From: Mizuhopecten yessoensis
Taxonomy: Eukaryota
DNA: 64,000 nucleotides
Reading direction: 5' to 3'
Assembly (NCBI RefSeq): GCF_002113885.1
Contig: NW_018406841.1
Coordinates: 1-64,000, forward strand
The notes beneath the pieces are model-generated. The model made no database searches and was not told where the DNA came from. It worked only from the letters and a program-made list of their open reading frames with translations. Shown piece after piece: positions 51,969 to 63,857 of this stretch (its first letter is position 1; the number at the start of each line of letters is the position of its first letter). A program made the position numbers and the translations under genes.

Positions 51969-54549
51969 TATATATATATTAAGGCCTTGTCCCAATGCAC
52001 TCATGCTTTGAACTTCTTTATAGTATTGATTTTTGTTTCTATTAGTACAATTATTAATATCTTATTATCCGTACAATAATAAGAATGATCGGACGAACTA
52101 TTTTGTGATTAGAATGAAAATATTTTGATTATCTTAAGTTAGTGCTTATGTGTTGTATTAAAATATTCTTGAACCTATATATGTACATTGTACTTCTTAG
52201 TTTTTAGTGATGAAAATATCATGTAATATGTTCATAATATTGCCTACCTGTTAATATATGTTAATGATGACCTTGTATTACACATATAGAAATGTCAAAA
52301 TGAAAATAAAAACCCTGATTTGTTTTAATGTCAAATTGTTTCTGACACCTAATACCTAATAATATTTAAAAACAATACGCATGCAAAACAAGTGAAACAT
52401 TCAGCCCTTCGTTCTTCACATCTCCTGCATTTATTACTATCATTATGTCCATTTCAATACAAGAGACGGGAAGTGGGCGACAATTTTATGAAAGTGCTAA
52501 TTTAAATTTCAAATTAATTATTTAAATATAGCGCAAATTTCGGGTATAGTTTCCTTTAAAATTATTCGTTTTGGAACGTTTATAGTGTTCTGTAACGTAT
52601 GAAAATCGATAAAGTTGGTCCAGTCTAATTTGCTTACATATTAGATTTAATTTGCCTCAAGTAATATTAAGTTCAGTTAACCAGGTAAACTGTGATATTC
52701 GCATTTACAGACTTACTAATAAATACGATTTTTTTTTTTTATATGGGATATGACACAATTGCTCTAACCCATAAACCCGTATCAGCCCGCAAAACCCGTG
52801 TCACACCCCTTTTGGAACACTTCTAATTTTTCCCATCTACCACCAACAACGTCGTTGGGAAGCCTTGTTTACCAACAGTTAAACAATAACTGATGCTGAA
52901 AAACGGCGACAAATTGGGGAGCGAGCATTGGAGTCTCTCTGCCAATAGGATTCTTGAGTTAGAATATCTGATTGAGCAACAGAACACTAAAACCATTGTG
53001 CCGTCAGAGCTGTCTGTCGTCATCGGTACGATTCACGATGTGGCGGCAGAGGGAGCAGAGCCTAAAGCTCTCATCGTTACAGCTGCAGCAGTCGACACCT
53101 GCGGCTTTGTTTCAAGCATGAGGAACAAGAATACAGTCAGAATGACCGAGTCTAACGTGAGAAAATTTAAGGCATTTCCTTTGGTAACCAATGACACGTG
53201 GTATCCAGAAGCAATTCCAAAACAGGAATTAAATAATACTTGCAAGGTTTATCGTTTTTCAATGATTCAAAAGAAAAATAGATCATAAGATAGTAGATTT
53301 ATCCGTATTTTATTAGTAAGTATGAAATAAACAGAATAAACATGCCTTTTACCATATCACACCGAGTTTCAACCGGACACCGATATCAGTCCTCGTATCA
53401 TTTTCTTGATATTCATTTTCACAAAATGCAGACTAAACTACTTGATTTTTGTGCACAATCTGAATTACGGTTGGAGTTTAAGATTAAATTAGTTTTAATA
53501 AAGCAGATTCGTTTCATGTATGGCAATCCTCGATACTCCATGGGTTACGCTCACCCCTGGAATATGTCCTGACACAATCTAAGGGTCAATGTGCGCCACC
53601 TTGTGGACGAAACATATTCAAGGGGTGCAGAGAGCGAAAGTAAAAAATGTCATATAAAAATAACCGGGGGAAAAACCTGGAATCAATGTTGGCATTGAGT
53701 CTGTAAATGAAAATAATTGTTGTTTTTTAATCTGTTTGAGTAATCACAAAAAATAGTTTCTTACAAAAAACAATCTGTTGTTTCCCTAAATAAACATATT
53801 CATCCCCGAACTCTAAACTCAGACTATGCATTGTGTATATGAGAGTCACATTTGAGTCATAACGTCATTATCCAATTAAAAAGCGACTTTTTGTCCTTTA
53901 GAAATGTATTGATAACGTTGTTGATAACGACGATCAGTGAAAAGTTGTTTGATGTGTGCTTAACTGTATTTATAATACTAGTAGACGATGTCTTATTAGT
54001 AAGTAATATTAAGCTCACGAGTTCACATTACAAAGATATGTAATATGTATCTCATCAAATTGTTCAACTTTGGGGACGACATCTAATATTTGTATTGCAC
54101 TATATCTGCATCTGCAGATGCAACTATACTATCTATATGATACACTCATTGTGATTAGTGTTTTTTTTAAATTTATAGCAAATATTACCATTTAATTTTA
54201 AAATTCACAATTTTCATTCTTGATTACGAATATACATAAAATTCCACCGGATTATTTGCTACCCCAGATGTGTGTACTATGTATCACGTATTTTGTGACA
54301 ATATCACTTTTTCTTTTTAGCTTCGAAACAACTAAGTAGCGTTTCTTGTATGTTTATATAACACTGTTCCTTGGCAAATACACGTAAAAACAATAATATA
54401 GTGTTATATTTACATTTGCGCTGCAACCCACTATATAAAGATTACCAGCAGTAATCCATTTCATTTGGGTATGAAAGCAAAAACTCTTGTGACGTAGCAC
54501 GTGGTTTACATATCTCAAATATAGCAGTTGGCAGCTTACAGCCTCACGG

Positions 54550-54990
54550 AATAAACAATAATTATAAAATAATATAATATAGGCTTTATTTGTTCTTGAT
54601 AACATATTGAGCATGAAGCTCATCTTATATATGGTCAAGATACAGTATATGATATAATGTACAATATTTACAGCTTTAAGAAATATACATGTATAAGAAG
54701 AATTCATAAATCATTTCGAGTAAAATTGCTTTGCAGATCTCTTAAATTCTAAAAGAACAATTTCTAATATCACTCGGTAAAAGATTCCATGTAAGGGGTC
54801 CCTGATATCTAAAAGATTTTCCAAAAATGTTTGTCTTATGACATGGCAAGTAAAACACATTGGTAGATGATGATCTTGTAGTTCTACTCTGAACATCCGA
54901 CATATACGTAAAATCATTCAAATTTTGCGGAGCTAAATTATTAAGTATCTTGTACATAAAAACCACTTGATTGTATAACATTCTTTTGTG
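54550..54990 (-). mobile_element. 5'-truncated CR1/L2-clade LINE 3' end
   Basis: MYKILNNLAP..TRS..LP...SFRYQGPLTWNLLPSDIR is the typical CR1/L2 ORF2 C-terminus, followed by AATAAA and a TAT-rich tail. Absent at the paralogous site near 35930. Confidence 0.82.
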
Positions 54991-56410
54991 AAAAAAATAA
55001 ACATACCTGCTGTGAGACTTTGAAAATTCTTTTTCTTTCAACTACACTTATGGTATATCATACATTATATTGGTATTCCAAATATCTTTTATGTAATATT
55101 CTGCCGTATAAAAGGTCAGAATTTCGTGTAAGTCATACTGGCAATTTTACTATTTTATCAAAACCGTTATCATGGAACTGGGTCAAATGCAACTAAATAT
55201 TGATTATAGCGTGAACAATGAATTGTAACTCCAGGCCGATAGGAAGAAGCAACAACAGAAATTGATCGGATATCAGTTAAATCAAAACTAAAAGAAAAAT
55301 CAGAATCCCCCTAGAAAAATATCGATGGTAAATTTGATCGCCTTTGAGTTTCTATCTTGTCTTCGTGTATTGACGCTGTGGTGTGTTTCTTTTTCACTTG
55401 TTAACCCTAGCACTTCCATATTCCCAGATTTATGGTTTTGTAACAATGGTCATGGTACACTTGCTGCACCAAAGAAATTACAAACTTTATTTCTTGGTAT
55501 CAATATTAACAGTTGGAAATTACAGGTTCGTATTTCTGTCCACCATTCGCAACGTATACAGTAAAACCTAGATAAAATGCCACTTATTTCATTGGCCACC
55601 CCGTTTACTGCCAATATATTTCACACTTCCCTCAATCTATTGTCAAGCCCTTTTATAATGCCAATACTTCTCTGGAATAATGGTGGCATTATAACGAGGT
55701 TTTGCTGAACACCAACTTAAACAAATCTGTAGTACACGAAAGAAGTTAGGGCTGACTAAGAACCAAAGTGGTAATAATGTTCAAATATGTACAAGTTTAT
55801 ATATATTCTAAATACATTTTTTAACGCAAATTACAATAAAGTCACAAATTGTTTGTAATATTTTTCAGCAAACACACATTGCCAATTTAAATATTTATGT
55901 TCATTCTAAAATTTCGTAAGGAGTAACAAGCATTATCCATACAATCCAATCAACAATGTTGAAATATTTTCATTGTATTACTACGCTTCCCTTTACGTAA
56001 TCTGACACGTCGTGTCTGTCCTTATGTAGAAATGTTCGTTAGGTAAAGTTATTCATAATCAGTGTATGCATCATTTACAATAATTGATTCCACCTTTAGA
56101 TTTAACATTATTATCTTTACGTATTTCTTAGAAGAAATTGTGTCCGATGTTATTCCATAAAGCAATACACTATTTACTTAAGAGATTCAAATACTTACTA
56201 TGAACATGACATATCACCAAAACAGTTGTCTCATTTTTTGTGGTCTAATGAAACATTGTGCAGAAGCAATACACAAAACTTCACTTAGACCATTCAGATC
56301 CTATATATATATAAACCATGATATAAAACAGAGACCACAATGGAATTTCGTTTGTCTGATGAAAGGATTTGGGGTGAACTTCTGGTGTACAGAATATGAA
56401 TATGTGGTAT

Positions 56411-59400
56411 TTATGATTCCATCGCTGTATTGACGAACATCTGTCCAGTAGAGGTGTCGGCGTACAGGTTGGGAGGTTCCACCCGGGAGAGATCTAGACT
56501 GTCATAATGGACAGGGTTTGGTGACGTCATGACGGCTTCAGTATACTCTGGCTGTTTCACGAGTGCAAGTCTTCTGCAAATATGATTTTCAAGCTTATTC
56601 CGGTTCTTGATATCGTAATGTTTTACCTCGGTGGGTAAAAAGTCTTCAAAAGGCAATGTAAATATCAAAATGTATATAGGAATTTGATCTCAAATCAGTT
56701 CAAATACAGAACTTGATAATGAAAATGATACGAAATTATTTAATTATTTTCGTCAATGTGTAGTTAATTTCAAAACAGATACCATTGAGAAAAAGTGTCA
56801 TAAATAGATCAAGTATCCATTCTAAATGGTGCTATGAAGGATAGCCTGTTAACGTCAAAGGAAATATGTGATAAGTAACATAATTCTGTACCATGCTACT
56901 TACTTTCTATAAAGGATAACATGGACTACCACGGTTACAGTAACCAGTAGTGAGGTAACTACTAGAGGGACGACTACAGCACCTGGAAAATATACATATT
57001 GTTGTTATCTGTAACACAAATATTGGCCAAATCTGTTGTATAAAAAGAATACCACCTGAACTATGAGTTAAATCGACATGTTTAATCATTGTCTACAAAA
57101 AAATGTTTTTTGTTTATTTAAAAAGTAACATGAAAGAAGTTATTTTGACTTGTATTGGCCACTTTTGTTTGCCCGCACATTAGCGCACCAGGTTCTTAAT
57201 GTAAACGGAAACCGGAGTACAAGGAGAAAACCCACGTGTTTGGGCAGGTGACCCCATACCTTTTCACGTCTGATCAGGGAATCTAACGCGGACCCTCTTT
57301 TCGACGGCTACTGATATTATTTATTAGAATATCATAAACCATACATAATGTTATATTTCTCGCCTAAAGCTGTTAATTTTCTCGCATCACAGACGAGAGA
57401 ATTATCCAAGTATTTGTTTGCAGAGAACAATATATAAAGAGACACAATGTGTTACAACGGAAAAAGCAGATTAATATTTCCCTGCTGTATCTCCAAGAGA
57501 ATAGAAGGCATATATATATAAACAAACCTCTAATTATATAGTGTCAAAAGTCCACTTGAAAAAATANCTTGGGGCCTGATGGTTAGATGTTTAGGTGGCA
57601 GAAGTTTCAAAAGTTTTATGTGTGGCTTGAGAAATATATATAGATGTGAAATGTATAAAAGAAAAAAAAATTAAGTCTGTTTTTGACTGGGGGAGTTTAT
57701 TAAGTGTGTAATTTGTTGTAAATGTTGGTCAATTTTTGGTGTCGAATTCAATACAAAATGGCGGCCCCCATATAAAAAAAGTTCAAATAGGTAGATTTTT
57801 AAAACTTCTTTTTTTACAGGTGTGTGAAATGACATTCTTCAAAATGATGTCAGGTGAACCAGTGTGGATAACTCCATTTAACCAGGACAGTGGTAAACGT
57901 TAACACTATCGTCTATGGAAAATCATTTGGTTCCGCGGTCCCTACACCCATCTTTAAAGCCCAAAAACAAAAGATTCAAATATCCCTACCTCCCTACCGT
58001 GACGTAACCCATATCTCGATGACAGAGCCACAGAGTGATCTCCCTTCCTCTTCCTTTTATGACGCCTGCTGCCTGCTGACGGCCTGGAGCTTGCACCATA
58101 TCAAAACTTTGTTTTGTCGGTTTGGTTTGAGTGTCAACTCAATTTATTGCGCAGAGTGTGTGCTTTATATCCATATGCCCTTATTACTATAATCATTTGT
58201 TGTTGAAAATTATTTTTGTGCCTTTTACGGCCGGTTATTTTACTCGACGTGTGCCGGTGGTGTGCCACGCGGTCCGCCATTATTGTGTGAAATTTTCCGA
58301 CCTCTGTTTATTTCAGTGACGGTTGTTTGTTTCGGCAAACGTTATTTATTTTAATCGTTTTCTGATTTATATTACGGGTGAAATTCTTTCTACGTTGCGT
58401 ACCTTGTACTATCGTATTTTATTATTTTTTCTCGTGTTTATCTGCTTGTAAACTTTGTTTGACGACAGACTTTCTTTCGGGATTGTCTGTGTCTACCAGG
58501 ATTAGTGACGCGCAGCTCACTAATCCCGGCATCAATACTGGTCAAGCTAACCTTCCCGGTCAGTTACCCGGACCCGGTCCTATTAGGTCCGGCCCGGAGT
58601 TTCATTCGACCGGGAACCTTGGGGGTTCCCCCCAGGTGTTGGGTTTGCTGGACATGGGGCCGGGTTCCGGCCTCCGTTTTCCCCTGGCTTAGGGTATACG
58701 GGTGCCTGCGGGCAACCATCCTTGGGCCACCCTAACCAGCCTGCGGATGGTTATGGGTTGCGGCAGCATCCCGGCAGTTATGGGCTTAGCCCGTACATGT
58801 CCGGCTTTCCACCTGGAGGGAGTGGCGGTCCATCTTCGCCCTTTGGGCAAGATGGCCAGCCCCAGTCTCAAGCAGGCCAGTTTGGCCAGTTCTGGGGTCA
58901 CTCCCAACCCGCGGGACCTTTCCCTTATCCTCCGGGATATGGGTTTAGCCCCATGGCTTTTCAGTCATGGAATCCTTGGGGTTTGGTTTCTCCCTCACGG
59001 AGACGTGTTAGCAGTTTTGTTGAACCCCCCCCCCCCCCCCCCAAATGGTCTGCTACTTCGGGGGCCTTATCGGCCGGTCCTAAGAAGGTGTGTCGGACCT
59101 TCAGGACTTCTGCCTCTCAGGCAGACTGGTTGGTCTCTGGGTCCAAGGGTAGGGTTTTGGCTACTAAGATTAAACCTACAGCCACGGTCGTTAGGCGCAC
59201 TGCACCTAAACGCCGTTATGGGAAGCCTTCTCTCTGGCTGGCCCATTTCCTCCGCCCGAGGCTTTTGGTCTGGCTGGTGTGGAGGCTATGGCAGAGGACG
59301 ATGATGTTGTTCATTTTTCTCCTGGTTGCTCGGATATAGACACTGGTCTTTCCGAGTCGTCTGTTGACGGTCCTCAGGAGGGCTTGCCCTCTGAGGAGGA

Positions 59401-62400
59401 TGTCCAGGATGAGGGTGACCCTGAGGATGCTGAGGTTTAGGCCCAGCATGTGTTGTCCGGTATGCGGGGCCTTAGGGCCGACGTTTCCCGGATTGGGGAG
59501 GAGGTTTGCCCACCACCTTCGGCGTCATCTGTCCCCGAGTCCACCACCCTATTGGGTTCTTAGGTGGCTCCTTGGGTGTCCGCTCGGTCGGACCGCTCTC
59601 TGCCAGAAGGCATTATTGTGTCTTCATCTCTGGCCACCGCTCAGTCTCGGGTTTTAGAGAAGAATTCTTCTTCAACCCGTAGTCCTGGGTATGCTGGGTT
59701 GCAGCTCAGTGTTGGCGATTTGTCGGAGGTGCACGCCACTGACTATGCCACACATGATGGCCTGCTTGATCCTCAACCAGCTAAGCTGAAATCGAGGGAA
59801 CTTGCAGCCTGGCCCGGTAAATCGGTGGACCAAGTGGTGTTCTGTCCCAAAGAACACCACAAAATGGAGATGCGTCTCTCCATCCAGATGCTGTCTTATA
59901 TAGACTACCTGACGGTTTGTCTATATAGGGTATCCGACTTGCCTGAGGGTCGGCCAACATCCAGGACAGAGTGGCCTCTGCCCTGAACGGGGCATTGAGA
60001 GCGCTGGCAGCTTTACAGGTGTCATCGCTCGTCAATGTCTTGTTGGCTAGGCGGTTTTCAGTTTTGAAAAAACGTCCAGTCGATGAGCCTTACCGCTCCA
60101 GATTGTTGACTGCCCCCTTCTCAGGGTCCACTCTTTTGGAAGGGGCCTTCCTTCTGTTCAGAAGGATTTGAAGGAGGACTCGGTCGCCTCTGCACTTCTG
60201 GTGAAGAGGATTCAGGCTGAGAAGGCCAGTACCTCGCAGGGGTCAGCGCCTCCTAAGAAGAAGGCTAAACCTTCGGCTTCGCAGTCCTCTGCGCAGCCCA
60301 AGTATAAGCCTCCCTTCAAGGGCAACAAATGGAAGGGTAAGAAGGGTAAGAACCCTCCTGGGGGTAAGAAGAAGGGTTCCTGACTCTCTTCTTCCCTCCT
60401 TGGTCGTGTCAGACGACGAGTTTGGCCGGGAGGACTGCAGTCCTCTCGGCTCAAGCTTAGGTCCTTCTCCCGCAGGATTAGACTTCGGGTCAGCAGACGG
60501 TTCTCTTGCCTGGCAAGGTCTCGATCTGCCTCGACCAGATCTTCCTGTGGGGGGTCGTATTTCCGCTTTCCTTCCAGAGTGGAAGGAAATTACGAAGATG
60601 CATGGGCCTTGTCTGTGGTCAAGGAGGGGTTAGGGGTTAGGCATCCGCTAGTGCGGTATCCGCGTCAGAGCCAATCTTTTTTCCTCCACCGGGGGATCCG
60701 GAAAAGGCTTTGGCTTTCCAGGAGAAAGTAAGGACCATGCTTACCAAGGGCGCGGTCGAGGAGGTTCCTATGTCGGTATGCACTCCCGGGTTCTACTCCA
60801 GAATGTTTCTGGTTCGGAAGAAGTCCGGGTCGTGGCGTCCCATCATAGATCTAAGTGCCTTCAACAAGCACGTAGATTCTCCTCACTTCAAGATGGAGAC
60901 TCCTCGGGGTATTATCGCCTCCGTGAGAGAGGGAATGTGGGCGACTTCAGTAGATCTAAAGGACGCCTACTGCCACTTCCCCATCAAAAACTCGGCACGG
61001 AAGTACCTCCGTTTTACTTGCAACGGAAAGGTCTTCCATTTCCGGGCCATGCCGTTCGGGCTCACAACTGCACCTTTGGTTTTCACTAAGCTGCTGCAGG
61101 TGGTCGTGGGATTCCTGCACTCTCGAGGAATAGATGTTCACATCTATTTCGACGACTCCCTCATGCTCCACCTAGTGAGAGAGTCTCCGGTTCAGGTCAC
61201 CCGGTTGGTTCTGAAACTCTTACTCAAGGTCGGCTTCATTCCTTCCAGAGAAAAGTCGGAGGTTTCCCCATCTCAGGATTTTGTTTTCCTGGGGAACCGT
61301 TTCAATACGGTTCAGGGCATCGCCCTTCCACCGATGGAGAAGTTCGAGAAGGCAAGGGCTTTTGCTCTGACCTGCATCGGCCGGTCTCAAGTCCAGGTAC
61401 GTTGGTTTCTCAGTTTTCTCAACGCCCTGGCCGATGTGGTCCCCTTAGGGAGACTTCACATCAGGCCTCTCCAGATGTTTCTCCTTGTCAACTGGGTCCC
61501 TTCTTCAAGGGATTGGGAAGCCTGGGTTCCTCTGAACAAGTCGGTCAAGAAGTTCGCACGCTGGTGGACTCATCAGGACAATGTGCTCCGAGGGGTTCCT
61601 TTGTCCAAGCCGGTTCCCACTATGACCCTGTACACGGAAATGCAGTTGACAATTTGCGTCAAGCATCTACCAGGCAGGTTGAATGTTCTGGCGGATACTC
61701 TTTCCAGACGCCGCCAGCCGGTGTTGACAGAGTGGCAACTGAATCCCTCGATTTTCGAGGGAATTTATCAGGTGTGTGACAGGCCTCACATAGACCTGTT
61801 CGCCACTTCACTGAACAATCAGTTGCCAACGTTTGTCTCTCCGGTTCCAGATCCAAGGGCTTGGGCCGTGGACGCTCTGTCTCTGGATTGGGAGGGAATG
61901 CATGCATATGCATTCCCGCCCTTCAACCTGGTGGGCAGGGTGCTGCAGAAGTTTCGGGGGCATCAGTGTTCACTCCTCCTGATAGCGCCCCTGTTGCCGA
62001 GGCAGCCTTGGTTTCCGGAGCTTTTGTCACTTCTGGTGGAAGAGCCCCTGGCTCTTCCTTCCAGAGCGAACCTCCTTCGCCAGCCTCGGTCCAGGCAATG
62101 CACTCTCGTCCGGAGATCCTCCACCGTCACGCTTGGAAGCTATCTCAGGAGGCCTCGCTCAGGCGGGCTTTTCTAGGGACGTGTCAGATCGCATCGCTCG
62201 ATCAATTAGGTCTTCCTCATCTGCCGTCTACCAGTCCCGATGGAAGATATACTGTGATTGGTGTGTCGGCAGGAAGGTTGATCCATCAAGGCTACTGTCC
62301 AGGTGATTGCGGACTTCCTTCTTTGGCTGTTTAGGGACCGCTGTCTTGCCCCTGGCACTATCGCTGGTTATCGCACGGCCATTGCTAGTGTTCATTCTGT

Positions 62401-63857
62401 TCATGGTAGGTCGGAGGTAGGCTCGTCCTCCTCTCCTTCTGCCTTGATTAGGGGGTTTGGGTTGGACAGGCCTAGGTGCTCGAATCGTTGATGCGAGCAC
62501 CTTATGATCCTTTAGCGTCTGCCTCCTCGCCCAATCCTATTAAGATTCCGTCTTTGACTGCCTTCGTTGGGTCTGAGGAACGGGATAGGTTGCTCTGTTC
62601 CTGTCGGCCGCTTATGTTTTACCTCGATAAAACCGGGGGGGGGGGGGGGGGCGTTTCCTAGATCTCGTCTGTTTTTGCCCATTAGGCTGGGTCAGCAGAA
62701 TATCTCCTCTAAGTCAGTGTCTAGATGGATCTGTCGGGTCATCAAGTACGGTTACGACCACTCGGGTGATCAGGTTCGGGCGTTGTATAAGGTGAGAGCT
62801 CATGAGATCAGGGCTCTTGATGCGTCATGGGCCCTCCTCAATGGGCCCCCCTTTCAGGAGGTCATGTCCGCGGCTTTCTGGCGCGGACAGACTACCTTCA
62901 CGGATTTTTATCTCCGGTCCTTGGCTTCTCATTCTGATGGATTGTATTCCCTTGGGCCGGTGGTGGTTGCACAGTCTGTGGCTGTTCCTCCACAGTAATT
63001 CAGTGATTTTAAACAGTATGCTATCAGGCACCACGATGGTACACCTGCTCGATTCACGGGGAGGTTTTCCATTTATTTATTTTTTCAATTACTTTCGGGG
63101 CTTATTTAGGGGGGTTCCTTGAACCTTTTCCCTACCTTGAGCATGTCTCTAGTTTGTTCCGTCAGCCTGGTCTGCCTGGATTCGTAGCCTCCACTACGGT
63201 AAGACGAATTCGCATACTAAAGTTATGGTAATTATTACTGAAATTAAATTGAGGTTTTAGAAGTAAAACCAAATTTCATGATGTAATACCTACCATAACT
63301 TTATTGAGTCCATCCCTGTATTCCTCCCCTTGCCTCCTCATCCCGGCTGCCTTTAGGCTCCATAAAAGGGGAAGGGAGATCACTCCGTGGCTCTGTCATC
63401 GAGATATGGGTTACCTCACGGTAGGGAGGTAGGGATATTTGAATATTTTGTTTTTGGGCTACAAAGATGGGTGTAGGTATTGTATATGCATACTAAAGTT
63501 ATGGTAAGTATTACATCATGAAAATTGGTTTTACTTCAAAAACCTCAAGTTTATTTAATAGCTATGAATTGAAATACATACTTAATGGATAACATTGCTG
63601 TAAATCGTTTTGTTGAGCGCACTTTTGTCCTAATGTTGTCGATCCAGAATTAGTGCTGTTGTATGTGGTTGCATCCCTTGACTGAGTGGTTGTCATCCTT
63701 GACTGGGTGGTTATCTCTCTTGACTGAGTGATTGTCTCCCTTGACGGCGTGGCTGTCTCTTTAGACTGAGTGGCTGTTGTCCTAGATTGACTGGCAGTCG
63801 TTGTCTCCCTTGGACTGGAAATTGAGACACATTTTGTGGACAACGAAGACCCCGGAC
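56411..63857 (-). CDS. Gene F (5'-partial): close paralog of gene D. Stalk exon 63857-63582, TM exon 56982-56904, tail exon 56573-56411; a DIRS element lies in the intron
   Basis: Exon lengths 276/79/163 are identical to gene D, frames are open and splice sites canonical. Upstream exons lie beyond the window. Confidence 0.8.
57170..57295 (-). mobile_element. Degenerate SINE copy in gene F intron (shared with gene D)
   Basis: ggaaaccggagtacaaggagaaaacccacgtg...ggcaggtgacccc. Confidence 0.65.
58505..60383 (+). pseudogene. DIRS ORF1 (gag-like), fragmented by frameshifts; Pro/Gly/Gln-rich N-part and Lys-rich C-terminus
   Basis: Overlapping broken ORFs upstream of RT, ending in KYKPPFKGNKWKGKKGK. 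Assigned by position, not by motif. Confidence 0.55.
60710..62176 (+). CDS. DIRS ORF2: reverse transcriptase + truncated RNase H + Dam-like DNA adenine methyltransferase domain
   Basis: RT motifs FYSRMFLVRKK, WRPIIDL, DLKDAY, MPFGLTTAP, YFDD. RNase H tail HLPGRLNVLADTLSR, with the N-terminal DAS/GWG part apparently deleted after LYTE. Methyltransferase motifs IDLFAT..N..LP.F and YAFPPF. Confidence 0.92.
   Translation: MAFQEKVRTMLTKGAVEEVPMSVCTPGFYSRMFLVRKKSGSWRPIIDLSAFNKHVDSPHFKMETPRGIIASVREGMWATSVDLKDAYCHFPIKNSARKYLRFTCNGKVFHFRAMPFGLTTAPLVFTKLLQVVVGFLHSRGIDVHIYFDDSLMLHLVRESPVQVTRLVLKLLLKVGFIPSREKSEVSPSQDFVFLGNRFNTVQGIALPPMEKFEKARAFALTCIGRSQVQVRWFLSFLNALADVVPLGRLHIRPLQMFLLVNWVPSSRDWEAWVPLNKSVKKFARWWTHQDNVLRGVPLSKPVPTMTLYTEMQLTICVKHLPGRLNVLADTLSRRRQPVLTEWQLNPSIFEGIYQVCDRPHIDLFATSLNNQLPTFVSPVPDPRAWAVDALSLDWEGMHAYAFPPFNLVGRVLQKFRGHQCSLLLIAPLLPRQPWFPELLSLLVEEPLALPSRANLLRQPRSRQCTLVRRSSTVTLGSYLRRPRSGGLF
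62200..62998 (+). pseudogene. DIRS ORF3 tyrosine recombinase remnants (internally deleted, frameshifted)
   Basis: N-terminal ADFLLWLF..LAPGTIAGYRTAI and the C-terminal catalytic region RAHEIRA...AAFWRGQTTFTDFYLR (HxxR, W, Y). Confidence 0.85.

Larger units (their letters stand above)
53965..57565. repeat. Segmental duplicate of 35265-38935 (3' halves and downstream regions of genes F and D)
   Basis: Long colinear similarity visible throughout, differing mainly by TE insertions. Confidence 0.9.
57941..63546 (+). mobile_element. DIRS1-like tyrosine-recombinase retrotransposon (decayed)
   Basis: GC-rich block with inverted terminal repeats (57941-58067 vs 63355-63477) and an internal complementary region at 63212-63303 complementary to the right end (63494-63546). 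It carries gag-like, RT/RNase H/methyltransferase and YR ORF remnants, and is absent from the homologous gene D intron (~38930). Confidence 0.93.

Noticed and set aside
51705-52079. Cys/Tyr/Val-rich ORFs
   Set aside because: They are translations of a 7-bp microsatellite.
53593-53606. CTCF-like motif CCACAAGGTGGCGC (minus strand)
   Set aside because: Single imperfect match within what looks like a repeat fragment (similar sequence near 14457-14530); not testable from sequence alone.
62635-62651. Poly-G tract (and poly-C at ~59025-59042) as G-quadruplex
   Set aside because: Homopolymer runs inside the decayed DIRS element; length is unreliable and there is no functional evidence.
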